The position numbers and the translations under genes are program-made. Below are positions 30,914 through 40,848 of a stretch of DNA of 64,000 nucleotides, piece after piece (within the stretch, counting starts at the first letter, position 1; every line of letters begins with the position of its first letter). Under the pieces are notes generated by a model, which was given only the letters and a program-made list of their open reading frames with translations, had not been told where the DNA came from and searched no databases. Origin of the DNA: Candidatus Binataceae bacterium (GTDB taxonomy: Bacteria; Desulfobacterota; Binatia; Binatales; Binataceae); contig DATGLK010000010.1 in the NCBI GenBank assembly GCA_035294265.1, positions 126,858-190,857 on the forward strand. The letters are read 5' to 3'.

Positions 30914-31528
30914 ATGATCGCCATTATTGATTACGGCGCCGGCAACCTGGCCAGTGTCGCCCGTGCCCTGGAACATTTGGGCCACCAATGTGTGGTCACT
31001 GCGGAGACGGGCGTGATTTCCGGTGCGGAGCGGGTAATTTTACCGGGGGTGGGAGCGGCCGGCGCGACGATGGAGAATTTGCGCCGGCTAGGGCTGGAAG
31101 AGGTGCTGCGCGAGCAGGTAATCGCGGCCGGGAAGCCGTTTTTGGGAATCTGTATCGGAATTCAGATCCTGCTGGAGCGCAGCGAAGAGGATGACACGCG
31201 CTGCCTGGGCCTAATCGCCGGCACGGTGCGCCGATTTCATTCCGAGCAAGCCAATCCGCTGAAAGTGCCCCAGATCGGCTGGAACCAGGTCCATCAAGTA
31301 CGGCCCCATCCGATTTTCGATGGTGTCCCCGACCAGACCCATTTTTATTTCGTAAATTCCTATTATCCCGTGCCCACCGACCCGGACGTGACCATCGCCA
31401 TCGCAGATTATGGCGTCAGCTTCACTGCGGCACTGGCGCGCGGTCGGCTAGTCGCTACTCAGTTTCACCTGGAGAAGAGCGGCGCGGCAGGATTGCGGCT
31501 GCTGGATAATTTCTGCCGCCTGGTATAG
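30914..31528 (+). CDS. hisH: Imidazole glycerol phosphate synthase, glutamine amidotransferase subunit
   Basis: MIAIIDYGAGNLASV, GICIGIQIL (catalytic Cys), and the His/Glu triad region. Confidence 0.85.
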   Translation: MIAIIDYGAGNLASVARALEHLGHQCVVTAETGVISGAERVILPGVGAAGATMENLRRLGLEEVLREQVIAAGKPFLGICIGIQILLERSEEDDTRCLGLIAGTVRRFHSEQANPLKVPQIGWNQVHQVRPHPIFDGVPDQTHFYFVNSYYPVPTDPDVTIAIADYGVSFTAALARGRLVATQFHLEKSGAAGLRLLDNFCRLV

Positions 31529-31534
31529 AGGCCG

Positions 31535-32332
31535 ATGCTGTCTAAACGCATTATTCCCTGCCTGGATGTCAGGGCGGGTAAGGTCACCAAGGGAATTGCC
31601 TTCGAAGGCAATGTCGATGTGGGCGACCCGGTGGCGATGGCGCGCCATTACTACCACGAGGGCGCCGACGAAATGGTCTTTTACGATATCACCGCCTCCA
31701 ACGAGCAGCGCGGGATCATGCTGGAGGTGGTGCGCGCGGTAGCGCGTGAAATCTTCATCCCCTTTACAGTAGGCGGCGGCTTGCGCACCCTCGAGGATAT
31801 GCGAGCGGTGCTGTTGGCAGGCGCGGAGAAGGTTTCCGTCGACTCCGGCGCCGTGCGTACCCCCGAGATCATCAGCCAGGGGGCACGCGCTTTTGGCCGC
31901 CAATGCATCGTACTGTCAATGCAGGTCAAGCGCACCGGCGCACGGCCTTCACTGCCTTCGGGCTACGAGGTCGTGATCGACGGCGGACGCCTGCCCACCG
32001 GCCTAGATGCGATTGCCTGGGCACGCCGTGGCGAGGACTTGGGTGCGGGTGAACTATGTATCAACTCGATCGATCGCGACGGTACCAACCAGGGCTTTGA
32101 ATTGGAATTGACCGGCCAGATCAGTGCCGCCGTCACTATTCCGGTGATCGCCTCTGGCGGGGCAGGTGCGCCCGAGCATCTGCGCCAAGCCTTCGTCCAA
32201 GCCGGCGCCGACGCCGCCATTGTAGCTTCGATCGTCCATTACGGCGAACATTCGATCGGCGAGATCAAGCGCTACCTGCGCGCCCATGGCGTCGCGGTGC
32301 GCGAGGTGGGAATGGAGGCAGGGTGCAAGTGA
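31535..32332 (+). CDS. hisF: Imidazole glycerol phosphate synthase, cyclase subunit
   Basis: [14 protein letters not shown](M/L)[14 protein letters not shown] and SGGAG motifs. Confidence 0.9.
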   Translation: MLSKRIIPCLDVRAGKVTKGIAFEGNVDVGDPVAMARHYYHEGADEMVFYDITASNEQRGIMLEVVRAVAREIFIPFTVGGGLRTLEDMRAVLLAGAEKVSVDSGAVRTPEIISQGARAFGRQCIVLSMQVKRTGARPSLPSGYEVVIDGGRLPTGLDAIAWARRGEDLGAGELCINSIDRDGTNQGFELELTGQISAAVTIPVIASGGAGAPEHLRQAFVQAGADAAIVASIVHYGEHSIGEIKRYLRAHGVAVREVGMEAGCK

Positions 32333-32757
32333 AGTTAGGATTACTGGTGGCCGATTTCAACGGCGAAGTGACCGGGCCGATGGCGGCGCGGGCGCGCGCG
32401 CAGGCCAGCGCATTGGGCGCAGAAATCGGCGCCGAATGCCACGTCGCGGGCATCTTCGACATGCCGGCAATAATCAAAAAACTGCTGGAGCGTAACGACA
32501 TCGACGCGGTGGTATTGATCGGCGCGGTAATCCAGGGCGAGACCCGACACGACGAGGTGATTACTCACGCCGTAGCCCAGGTTGCGGCCCGCCTGGCCGC
32601 CACTAGCGGCAAGCCGGTGGCGCTGGGGGTTACCGGACCGGGGATGACCGATGCCCAGGCCGCCGCGCGGCTGGATTACGCCGCCAACGCAGTCGGGGCG
32701 GCCGTGCGCAGCCTGACGGTGCTGGCCGAGCTGGAACGCACGACGCCTTCCAGGTGA
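32323..32757 (+). CDS. 6,7-dimethyl-8-ribityllumazine synthase family protein (GTG start overlapping the hisF stop)
   Basis: RibH-like pattern ([61 protein letters not shown]). Confidence 0.55.
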   Translation: MQVKLGLLVADFNGEVTGPMAARARAQASALGAEIGAECHVAGIFDMPAIIKKLLERNDIDAVVLIGAVIQGETRHDEVITHAVAQVAARLAATSGKPVALGVTGPGMTDAQAAARLDYAANAVGAAVRSLTVLAELERTTPSR

Positions 32758-32831
32758 ACACCGGTGACGGCCCACAGAGCATGGATGTGAGCAATTGCGT
32801 CGGTCCTGTGCAAAACCGCACGGGCCTGTGA

Positions 32832-33692
32832 TTGATGGGATATTCTCGGCGACCCTATACTGAACCTGCGATGGAGCGGCGGGGTGGGATGGCGGCACAG
32901 AGTTTCTCGACCCGGATGGCGGCGCGAATTCTGGCGATATCGCCGGCGCGCATTCGCTATTGGGTCAAGCGCAAGCTGGTTACCCCCACCGCCACCCACG
33001 GCCGCAACTATCAATTCAGCTTCGAAGACCTGCTGCGCATGCGGCTTACCAAAGAGTTGCTACCAAGCGGCGGTCGCATCCTGGCCCTCAAGCAATGCTT
33101 CGATCGCCTCGGCCGAGTTATCGACCAAAGTCGCCCGCTGACGTCGCTTAAACTCTACCAACGCAACGGCCATATTCTGGCCCGCGACGGCACCGCCCAA
33201 TTCGAGGCCGACAGCGGCCAACTTCTGCTCGCGTTGGCTCCGGACACCGGCCAGCCGCTGGGCAAACTGGAGGAACCAGCACGCATGCGGCGCTTGCTGC
33301 AAAACGCGGCCGAGCTGGAGGAAACCGACCCGCTGCGCGCGCTGAAGCTCTATCACGAGTATGTGGAACACGAGCCCGAGGACAGCGCGATCCATCGTCG
33401 GCTCAGTCGTCTATTCGAGACTTGCGGTGATCTCGCCGGTGCTATTCGCCATCTGGAAACGGTGGCGCGGCTGGAACCGGGCGACGCCGAGGTGCATTTC
33501 GATCTTGGAGTAATGTATCGCAAGCAATCGGACTTGGCCCGCGCGGAGGAGAATTTCCTACGTGCGCTGGAGTGCGATGCCGACCTTATCGAAGCCCATC
33601 TGCATCTGGCCGAGCTTTACGAACGCCAAAACCGGCCGCGCGATTCTTTCCGCCATCTCAGTGCCGCTCATCGTCTGATGAACAATCCCTGA
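32832..33692 (+). CDS. MerR-type HTH domain protein with C-terminal TPR repeats
   Basis: N-terminal HTH (FSTRMAARILAISPARIRYWVKRKLV). C-terminal TPR-like repeats (AIRHLETVARLEPGDAEVHFDLGVMYRKQSDLARAEENFLRALECDADLIEAHLHLAELY). Start uncertain. Confidence 0.55.
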   Translation: MMGYSRRPYTEPAMERRGGMAAQSFSTRMAARILAISPARIRYWVKRKLVTPTATHGRNYQFSFEDLLRMRLTKELLPSGGRILALKQCFDRLGRVIDQSRPLTSLKLYQRNGHILARDGTAQFEADSGQLLLALAPDTGQPLGKLEEPARMRRLLQNAAELEETDPLRALKLYHEYVEHEPEDSAIHRRLSRLFETCGDLAGAIRHLETVARLEPGDAEVHFDLGVMYRKQSDLARAEENFLRALECDADLIEAHLHLAELYERQNRPRDSFRHLSAAHRLMNNP

Positions 33693-33916
33693 AAAGCCGC
33701 CTCAACACCCCGCTTTGACAACTGCGGGCTCGGCCGCCCACATTCGAGCACAGAGCTGACGTGGGCCCGTTATTAACCAAGCAAACTAACAAAGCGGGGT
33801 AGGAAGCGTTGCCGCAACGGCCTTCCGGTCGGCTCCACAGAACAGAGAACTTGTCAAGCTTCGCAGGCGCCGGCGACCCGCTCAAGCTGGCCGCCGTGCC
33901 CTTGCCGATGGCAACA

Positions 33917-34636
33917 TTATTTGGTGGTCGGAGCCGAGGGTTTCATGTTCCTCAGATCACGGTACTTCTGAACTAACACACTGTTGTCATAAGGACGGGC
34001 ATATACCACGAAGTAGCGGTCGTCATAGATGCCAAAATGCTGGGCGGGATAGAAGCCAATCGCCGCCATCCAGCTATCCACGTCGGACTGCTTAAGCCAC
34101 ATCCAGCTGTTAAGCGAATCCTGCGGATTCTTATCGATCACCACGATCCGGCCACCGGGCTTGAGGTATTTGGCGGCATTGTCCAGGTAGGCTTGGCGGT
34201 GTTCGATCATGTGGAGAACGCGATGGAAAAACACCACGTCAACGTCCTTGACCGGCAGCTTGGGATCGTCGTATTGCCCGACTACCGTCTTGAGGTTCGT
34301 AACCCCAGCTTCCTTGGCGCGATTGCGAACGTACGCCAGCATCTTGGGATCGATGTCCACTGAGTACACCGTCCCGTTGGGCGCGACGGCCTTGGCGAAG
34401 GGAATAGAGAAGGAGCCACTGCCCGAGCCGATGTCAGCCACGATATCGCCCGACTTCAGCCCCAGCTTCTGGATGACCTGGTTTACTTTGAGGTCGCGCC
34501 CGGCCTGATTCATTCGCGCGATGTACTTGTCGGCCGGGAGCTGCTGGAGCTGCGCAGACGCGGTGGTCACCCCAGACTCGAGCAACAAGACGAGCAGTAG
34601 CAAGAAGCCCAGCAGTTTGAAGTAAACAATTCTCAT
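33917..34636 (-). CDS. Secreted class I SAM-dependent methyltransferase
   Basis: ATG after GGAGG. Signal peptide MRIVYFKLLGFLLLLVLLLESGVTTASA. Motif I VADIGSGSG. Motif II/III region LKPGGRIVVID. Confidence 0.65.
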   Translation of the reverse strand: MRIVYFKLLGFLLLLVLLLESGVTTASAQLQQLPADKYIARMNQAGRDLKVNQVIQKLGLKSGDIVADIGSGSGSFSIPFAKAVAPNGTVYSVDIDPKMLAYVRNRAKEAGVTNLKTVVGQYDDPKLPVKDVDVVFFHRVLHMIEHRQAYLDNAAKYLKPGGRIVVIDKNPQDSLNSWMWLKQSDVDSWMAAIGFYPAQHFGIYDDRYFVVYARPYDNSVLVQKYRDLRNMKPSAPTTK

Positions 34637-34833
34637 AGCTTTCAGCCTCCGGTTAGCCGTTGCGATTAAGCTGCTCGGCCCGCCTCTTTGATCCATCAGA
34701 TCTGCTGGCAGCGCGCAAGTGCGGCGGGAAGCCTGCGCGCCCTTCGCCAGCAAACTCAGGAAAAATTAGGCACTTGACGGCGTGCCGCAAAGTAATCAAG
34801 AATTCAATGAAATTATTGAAAAGGAGACGGCCA

Positions 34834-35061
34834 ATGTCTTTGGAACGATGGGTTCGATTGTTGGCGGGAAGTCTCGTAATCCTGAGCTTGGGGTTGGCGC
34901 AATTTTATAGTCGCGGCTGGCTGTTATTGACGCTCTTCGTGGGGCTCAATCTTTTCCAATCCGCCTTGACCGGCTTCTGCCCGGCCGAGGCCATCCTGAA
35001 ACGCTTTGGGCTTGGGGCGACCGCCTGTTCGCTTACCAGCCAAACGCCGTCCAAGGCCTGA
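34834..35061 (+). CDS. DUF2892 (YgaP-like) small inner-membrane protein
   Basis: ATG after AAGGAGA. Two TM helices and the conserved GFCP motif (LTGFCPAEAILKRFG). Confidence 0.6.
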   Translation: MSLERWVRLLAGSLVILSLGLAQFYSRGWLLLTLFVGLNLFQSALTGFCPAEAILKRFGLGATACSLTSQTPSKA

Positions 35062-35145
35062 AGCATGCTCCAGTCGCGAGTTGACGCAGTTCGCGCTTCC
35101 CGGCCAAGCGGCGGCGCGACTTGGGCGACGTTCAGGGAGGGACGA

Positions 35146-36519
35146 ATGAGCGCTCAGGGTTGGAGCAGGTTGGTGCTCAGCGTGCTGCTCGCCGGCCTGA
35201 TGGTAGGCGGGGCAAGCGCCGCGGAAGCGCCACCCAAGCGGATTTCGTTGGCCCAAGCCATCGCGATCGCTTTGAGGTCCAATCGCACGTTGCTAGCGGC
35301 CTCGTACGCGCAAGACGCGGCGCAAGCCACGGTAGGGGTGGCGCGCGGCGCGATGTTGCCGCGGTTGGATGCGATCGAAAATTATTCGGCCACGGATAAT
35401 CCGGTACTAGTATTTTCCGACCTCTTGCTCCAACAGGACTTCAGTCAGAGCGATTTTGCGCTTTCCAGCCTCAACCACCCTGGAACCTTGTCTAATTTTC
35501 AGAGCCAGATTCAATTGTCGTTCCCGGTCTATGCCGGGGGCAGACTTTTGGCCAGCTTCAAAGCGGCCAAGTTTGGCGCCGAAGCCGCGACCTGGCGTCA
35601 GGCGCGCACGCGCGAACAGATCGCGTTTGCCACGATCAAGGCCTATTTCACCGCGGTGCTCGCCGAAGAGCGCGTGGGCGTGATCGAGCGTGCCAGGGCC
35701 GCCGCCGACGCGCACCTAACCCAGAGCCGCAATCTGTTCGCCGAAGGGATGGCGGCCAACGCGGACATCTTGCGGACTGAGGTTTTGACCGGGGGCCTGG
35801 AGGAAGAAGACACCGACGCTCGAAGCCAGATGCAAATTGCCTGGGCGGCGCTGGCGCATGTCTTGGGTGATGAGAATGAGCGCCTCGCGCCGCTACCCAT
35901 GGCGCAGAGTGCCCTTGGCGTCGGCCCGACCGGGTCTCTCGACTTGGCCGAACTGAACCGCCAGGCCATCGCCTCACGCCCGGAGATGGGCATCGCGGCG
36001 GCCAACGTTGGGCAAGCCGAGCAAGCGGTGACAATCGCGCGCGCAGATTATTTACCTAGCGTCGGCGTGGCCACCACCTATGAAAACGATTCCGAGGAGT
36101 TGGTCCGGGCGGGGAATAATTATGCGGTTTTCGTTTACGCGCGTCTTAACCTGTTCAACGGCCTGGCGACCAAGAACAAGGTCGATGAAGCTCTGGCGCA
36201 ACTAAATCGCGCCAAGACTCTGGCCGAGGACCTTAAGCACGCCATCGGGCTGGAGGTGGAACGGGCTTACCGAACCCTGGCCGCCGCGCAACAGAATGTG
36301 AGCGTGGCGCAGCGCAACTATTCGTATGCAAGCGCCGCCTTGAAAATCCTGGAAGATCGTTATGGCGCGGGATTAGCAACTAACGTCGCGGTCCTCGACG
36401 CCCAAACTACCCGGCAGCGAGCCGACATGGAGCGGATTCGAGCGCATATAGCCCTCGCGGTTGATCGCGCCGCGCTGGAGCTGGTGGTGGGCCGGATGCC
36501 GATGGCGAACGGCCAATGA
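35146..36519 (+). CDS. Outer-membrane efflux protein (TolC/OprM family)
   Basis: ATG after GGGAGGG. Signal peptide. Duplicated OEP repeat architecture. Stop overlaps the MFP start (ATGA). Confidence 0.75.
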   Translation: MSAQGWSRLVLSVLLAGLMVGGASAAEAPPKRISLAQAIAIALRSNRTLLAASYAQDAAQATVGVARGAMLPRLDAIENYSATDNPVLVFSDLLLQQDFSQSDFALSSLNHPGTLSNFQSQIQLSFPVYAGGRLLASFKAAKFGAEAATWRQARTREQIAFATIKAYFTAVLAEERVGVIERARAAADAHLTQSRNLFAEGMAANADILRTEVLTGGLEEEDTDARSQMQIAWAALAHVLGDENERLAPLPMAQSALGVGPTGSLDLAELNRQAIASRPEMGIAAANVGQAEQAVTIARADYLPSVGVATTYENDSEELVRAGNNYAVFVYARLNLFNGLATKNKVDEALAQLNRAKTLAEDLKHAIGLEVERAYRTLAAAQQNVSVAQRNYSYASAALKILEDRYGAGLATNVAVLDAQTTRQRADMERIRAHIALAVDRAALELVVGRMPMANGQ

Positions 36520-37613
36520 CCCCAAAAGCGAACACTGCAAGTCTGCGAATACCACGCTGGATACTGTTGATCGGCGGCGTGGCTGTGATTGGCCTGCTGA
36601 TCTGGTGGAACGGCGCCGGCAAAATCGCACCTGGCTTGGTTAACCAGCGCCCCTCCTATCTTCCAAACCAAGCTGTTGTCGTGGTGTCCGAACAAACGGT
36701 GCCACAGATCTACAATCTGGTGGGGACCGTCGAGTCGGTGACGCCCGTGGAAGCCGCCAGCCGAGTGTCAGCCCGCGTAATCGCGGTTCCAGTCCATGCG
36801 GGACAGCTGGTACATCAGGGCGCGGTGTTGGTGCGACTGGACCCAAGCGGGCTGAAAGCGCAGGTGGCACAAGCGACCGGTGAGCTTGGGATGGCGCAAG
36901 CCGAACTGACAAGGAGCCAAGCAGACTATCGACGCTTTGCGGCATTGGTTAAGCGCGGCTCGGTGACCCCGCACGAATTTGACGCAGCCACCGCGGCCTA
37001 TCACGCGGCCCTGGGTAATGTGAGCCGCGCGACGGCCGCCCTGGCGGTCGCGCGCTCGGCTTTAACGTACGCCACGGTGCGCGCGCCGGTGGACGCGATA
37101 GTGGTGGAGCGGCTGGTGCGCACCGGCGACATGGCCCTACCGGGCCAACCATTGGTAAGGCTCTATGACGACAAGGCGCTTCGGGTTGAAGTGGCAGCAC
37201 CAGAAGAGCTGGCGCGGCAAATCAGGGTTGGCTCGCCGCTTAAGGTCGTGGCCGGCGACGGCGCGCTGGAGCTATCGACCCGGGTCAACGAAATTGTGCC
37301 AGCGGCTGATCCGAGCACGCGCAGCTTCAGCTTGCGAGCTCCCCTGCCTGTTGACCCTGATCTCAAGCCCGGCATGTTCGTCCGGGCGCAGTTCGTTTAC
37401 GGCACCCAAAATATGATTACCCTGCCGCGCTCAGCCATACGGCTTATCGGCCAGCTTGCAACGGTGAACGTCCTGACGCCAGGCGCAGTGCAACTGCGGC
37501 CAGTGGTTCTGGGGCGCGAGTTCAACGACCGCGTAGAAGTCCTAGCAGGTCTTAAGTCCGGCGATCGGGTAATCGCCGGCACTGCGCCGATGGTGGGCAA
37601 TGGCAACCGCTAA
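36516..37613 (+). CDS. RND efflux membrane-fusion protein (HlyD family)
   Basis: N-terminal TM anchor. Coiled-coil hairpin (QAELTRSQADYRRFAALVKRG). Lipoyl and beta-barrel MFP domains. Overlaps neighbouring genes on both sides. Confidence 0.8.
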   Translation: MTPKANTASLRIPRWILLIGGVAVIGLLIWWNGAGKIAPGLVNQRPSYLPNQAVVVVSEQTVPQIYNLVGTVESVTPVEAASRVSARVIAVPVHAGQLVHQGAVLVRLDPSGLKAQVAQATGELGMAQAELTRSQADYRRFAALVKRGSVTPHEFDAATAAYHAALGNVSRATAALAVARSALTYATVRAPVDAIVVERLVRTGDMALPGQPLVRLYDDKALRVEVAAPEELARQIRVGSPLKVVAGDGALELSTRVNEIVPAADPSTRSFSLRAPLPVDPDLKPGMFVRAQFVYGTQNMITLPRSAIRLIGQLATVNVLTPGAVQLRPVVLGREFNDRVEVLAGLKSGDRVIAGTAPMVGNGNR

Positions 37614-40600
37614 CGACGGGCCCGGATTTACCGCCAGGATTGTCGATCTCTTCCTGGGCTCCAATTTGTCGCTCCTATTATTGGTGGCCTCGCTGGCCGC
37701 CGGCGTGGTTGCGCTTGCCGTCACGCCACGCGAGGAAGATCCGCAGATTTCTGTACCGATGGCGGACGTCATCGTGCAGATGCCCGGAGCAAGCGCAGCC
37801 GAGGTCGAAAATCTGGTCACCACCAACCTCGAAAAGCGCCTGTGGGAAATGGACGGCGTCAGTCACATTTACTCGGCCTCGCAGCCCGGGGTGGCGATGG
37901 TGACCGTGCGGTTCAGCGTTGGCTACGACCGCACCAAAGCACTGGTAGAAATTTACAACAAGCTGGAGTCCAACCGCGATGCGGTACCCACCGGCGTAAC
38001 CGGTTGGATTGTCAAACCAGTAAGCATCGACGACGTCCCCATTCTCAGCGTTACCCTATACAGCGCCGAGGTCGATGACGCCATGCTGCGCCGGATTGCC
38101 GACGAAATTATGGAGCGGATGCAGGAGGTGCCCGACACCGGTCGCTCCTTTGTGGTCGGGGGGCGGCCGCGGCAGGTGCGGGTGCTGCTTGACGCCCAGC
38201 GGCTTGCCGCCCATAACCTCAGCGTCCAGGCGCTGCAACAAGCCCTCCAGGGGGCTAACACGAACCTGCGAGTCGGAAGTTTCGCGCGCGACGATCGCCA
38301 GTTCGTGATGGACAGCGGGCCTTTCCTGCGCAATGCCGAGGAAGTGGCCAGCCTGGTAGTGGGGGTGTCCGCTGGCAGGCCGGTCTACCTGCGCGATGTG
38401 GCCCAGGTGATCGACGGCCCTGCCGAGGCCACGACCTACACCAACATCGGCTTCGGCCCAGCGCGCAAATTGCTCTTTGAGGAACCCGGACAATTAAAGC
38501 TTGCGCGACTCGGAGAGCGTAGCGCGATTTATCCCGCGGTAACCATCGCTTTTGCCAAACGCCAGGGCACCAATGCAGTCGCGGTGGCCCAGGGCTTGCT
38601 CGCCAAAATCCAGGCGCTACGCCCGCTGATGCTTCCCTCCAACGTCGGGCTCTTGGTTACGCGCAACTACGGTCAGACCGCCGACGAAAAGGTCAACGAG
38701 CTGGTGCGCGAACTTCTGATCGCCGTGGCAATCATCGCCGTGCTATTGGCCTTTTCGCTCGGTGCGCGCGAGGCCTTGATCGTTGCCATCGCGGTACCGG
38801 TAACCCTGGCAGTGGCGCTATTGGGCAATCTGTTGGCCGGCTACACCATCAATCGCGTCACCCTGTTTGCCTTGATCCTTTCGCTCGGCCTGCTGGTGGA
38901 CGATCCTATTGTGGACGTCGAGAACATTCATCGTCATTTCAAGCTCCGCGAGGTACCGGCGCGCGAGGCCACCCTGATCGCGGTGGACGAGGTCCGCCCG
39001 CCCACCATTCTGGCCACTTTCACGGTGATTGTGGCCTTCATTCCGATGCTGTTCGTGGGCGGCATGATGGGACCGTACATGCGGCCGATGCCCTTCAACG
39101 TACCGCTGGCGATGCTGATGTCACTGATTGTCGCGTTCACGATCACGCCGTGGGCGGCCTTTCACCTGCTCAAGCACGAGTATGACACGCCCCCGGGAGA
39201 CGCGGCCGGCGAGGAGGGTGCGAGCATACGGCGCTGGTACAGGCGGCTGTTGCAGCCGTTGCTGGAGAGTCGGCGCCGCGCGTGGCTGTTTATCTTGGGG
39301 ATAGGTGGCGCATTCGTGCTCTCGATATTGCTGGTTATTGTGGGGCTGGTGCCGGTCAAGATGCTGCCGTTCGATAACAAAAACGAACTCGATCTGGTGA
39401 TCGACATGCCGCAGGACACGCCCCTGGAGGCGACTAACGCAGTCACCCTCGACTTCGAACGGCTACTGGCACGCGTCAACGAGATCACCGACTACGAAGC
39501 TTACGTCGGGACCAATTCGCCTTTCGACTTTAATGGCATGGTTCGGCACTACTATCTGCGTCAGGCGCCATGGCAAGCTGATATCCGAATCCAGCTCGCG
39601 CCTAAAAGCAACCGCCAGCAGTCCTCGCATGAAATCGCGCTGCGGCTGGAACCGTTGGTGCGCGCGATCGCCCGGCGCGATCATGTCCGCCTGGCTAAAA
39701 TAATCGAAGTCCCGCCCGGCCCGCCGGTGCTGGCCTCGGTGGTTGCCGAAATCTACGGCCCGCCGTATGCGGAATACACTCAGCTAATCGAGTATGGACG
39801 CCAACTCAAAGGCGTGTTCGCCAACACCGCGGGCCTGGTGTCGCCCGATGATTTTTCCATAACCCGTGCTCCACGGCTGAAGTTTGTCGTCGATCGGCAG
39901 AAAGCGGCGCTCAACGGCATCACCACCGCCGCCGTCGCCCAAGCGCTGGCGATCGCGCTCGGCGGTCAGTCCGCCGGTACCATCCACGCCGAATCCGAAC
40001 GCGCCCCATTGCTGATCGAAATTAGAATGGCGCGCGCCGCGCGCTCTTCGCTGCAGGGGCTGTTGGCGCTCAAGCTGCGTGGATCCGCCGGTCAGCTAGT
40101 GCCGCTCTCGGAACTGGGTGAAATTGAGCAGACCACCGATGAGCAGCCGATTTATCATAAGGATCTGCGGCGGGTCGCGATGGTAATGGCGGGCACGGCT
40201 GGAATCAGCCCGGTCAACGAAGTGTTATGGCTCGAGGGCCGCACCGCTCGCATGCTCCCCCGCGGCTACTCGATTGTGTGGACCGGGGAAGGCGAATGGC
40301 ACATTACGGTCCAGGTCTTCCGCGACCTGGGCGTGGCCTTCGCCGCCGCACTCTTCTTCATCTACATCCTGCTGGTGGGGCAAACCGGATCGATGGCCAT
40401 GCCGTTGATCATAATGGCGGCAATACCCTTGACACTGGTGGGTATCATGCCGGGGTTCTTTGTCCTGAACCTGCTGACCAATCATCCTGTCGCCGGCTAC
40501 TCCGACCCAACCTTCTTTACCGCCACCGCGATGATCGGAATGATCGCGCTGGCCGGGATCGTGGTTCGCAATTCCATCATCCTGATCGACTTCATCCATC

Positions 40601-40848
40601 TCGGTCTCGCCCGCGGACTCAGCCTGGAGGAAGCCGTGCTGGAGGCTGGTGCCGTGCGCTTTCGCCCCATTGTGCTGACCGCTAGCGCGGCGGTGCTGGG
40701 CTCGATCGTAATTACGCTGGATCCGATCTTCTCGGGGCTGGCCTGGGCCTTTATCTTTGGGATTTTCGCTTCCACCGGCTTTACCCTGCTGGTGGTGCCA
40801 CTGATTTACTACCTCGTTTACGGCGAACCTCGTACAGATGTCCGGTAG
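37600..40848 (+). CDS. RND efflux permease (AcrB/CusA superfamily; subfamily not resolved)
   Basis: 1082-aa protein with 12 TM helices and two large periplasmic loops. Last gene of the OMF-MFP-RND operon. Confidence 0.8.
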   Translation: MATANDGPGFTARIVDLFLGSNLSLLLLVASLAAGVVALAVTPREEDPQISVPMADVIVQMPGASAAEVENLVTTNLEKRLWEMDGVSHIYSASQPGVAMVTVRFSVGYDRTKALVEIYNKLESNRDAVPTGVTGWIVKPVSIDDVPILSVTLYSAEVDDAMLRRIADEIMERMQEVPDTGRSFVVGGRPRQVRVLLDAQRLAAHNLSVQALQQALQGANTNLRVGSFARDDRQFVMDSGPFLRNAEEVASLVVGVSAGRPVYLRDVAQVIDGPAEATTYTNIGFGPARKLLFEEPGQLKLARLGERSAIYPAVTIAFAKRQGTNAVAVAQGLLAKIQALRPLMLPSNVGLLVTRNYGQTADEKVNELVRELLIAVAIIAVLLAFSLGAREALIVAIAVPVTLAVALLGNLLAGYTINRVTLFALILSLGLLVDDPIVDVENIHRHFKLREVPAREATLIAVDEVRPPTILATFTVIVAFIPMLFVGGMMGPYMRPMPFNVPLAMLMSLIVAFTITPWAAFHLLKHEYDTPPGDAAGEEGASIRRWYRRLLQPLLESRRRAWLFILGIGGAFVLSILLVIVGLVPVKMLPFDNKNELDLVIDMPQDTPLEATNAVTLDFERLLARVNEITDYEAYVGTNSPFDFNGMVRHYYLRQAPWQADIRIQLAPKSNRQQSSHEIALRLEPLVRAIARRDHVRLAKIIEVPPGPPVLASVVAEIYGPPYAEYTQLIEYGRQLKGVFANTAGLVSPDDFSITRAPRLKFVVDRQKAALNGITTAAVAQALAIALGGQSAGTIHAESERAPLLIEIRMARAARSSLQGLLALKLRGSAGQLVPLSELGEIEQTTDEQPIYHKDLRRVAMVMAGTAGISPVNEVLWLEGRTARMLPRGYSIVWTGEGEWHITVQVFRDLGVAFAAALFFIYILLVGQTGSMAMPLIIMAAIPLTLVGIMPGFFVLNLLTNHPVAGYSDPTFFTATAMIGMIALAGIVVRNSIILIDFIHLGLARGLSLEEAVLEAGAVRFRPIVLTASAAVLGSIVITLDPIFSGLAWAFIFGIFASTGFTLLVVPLIYYLVYGEPRTDVR

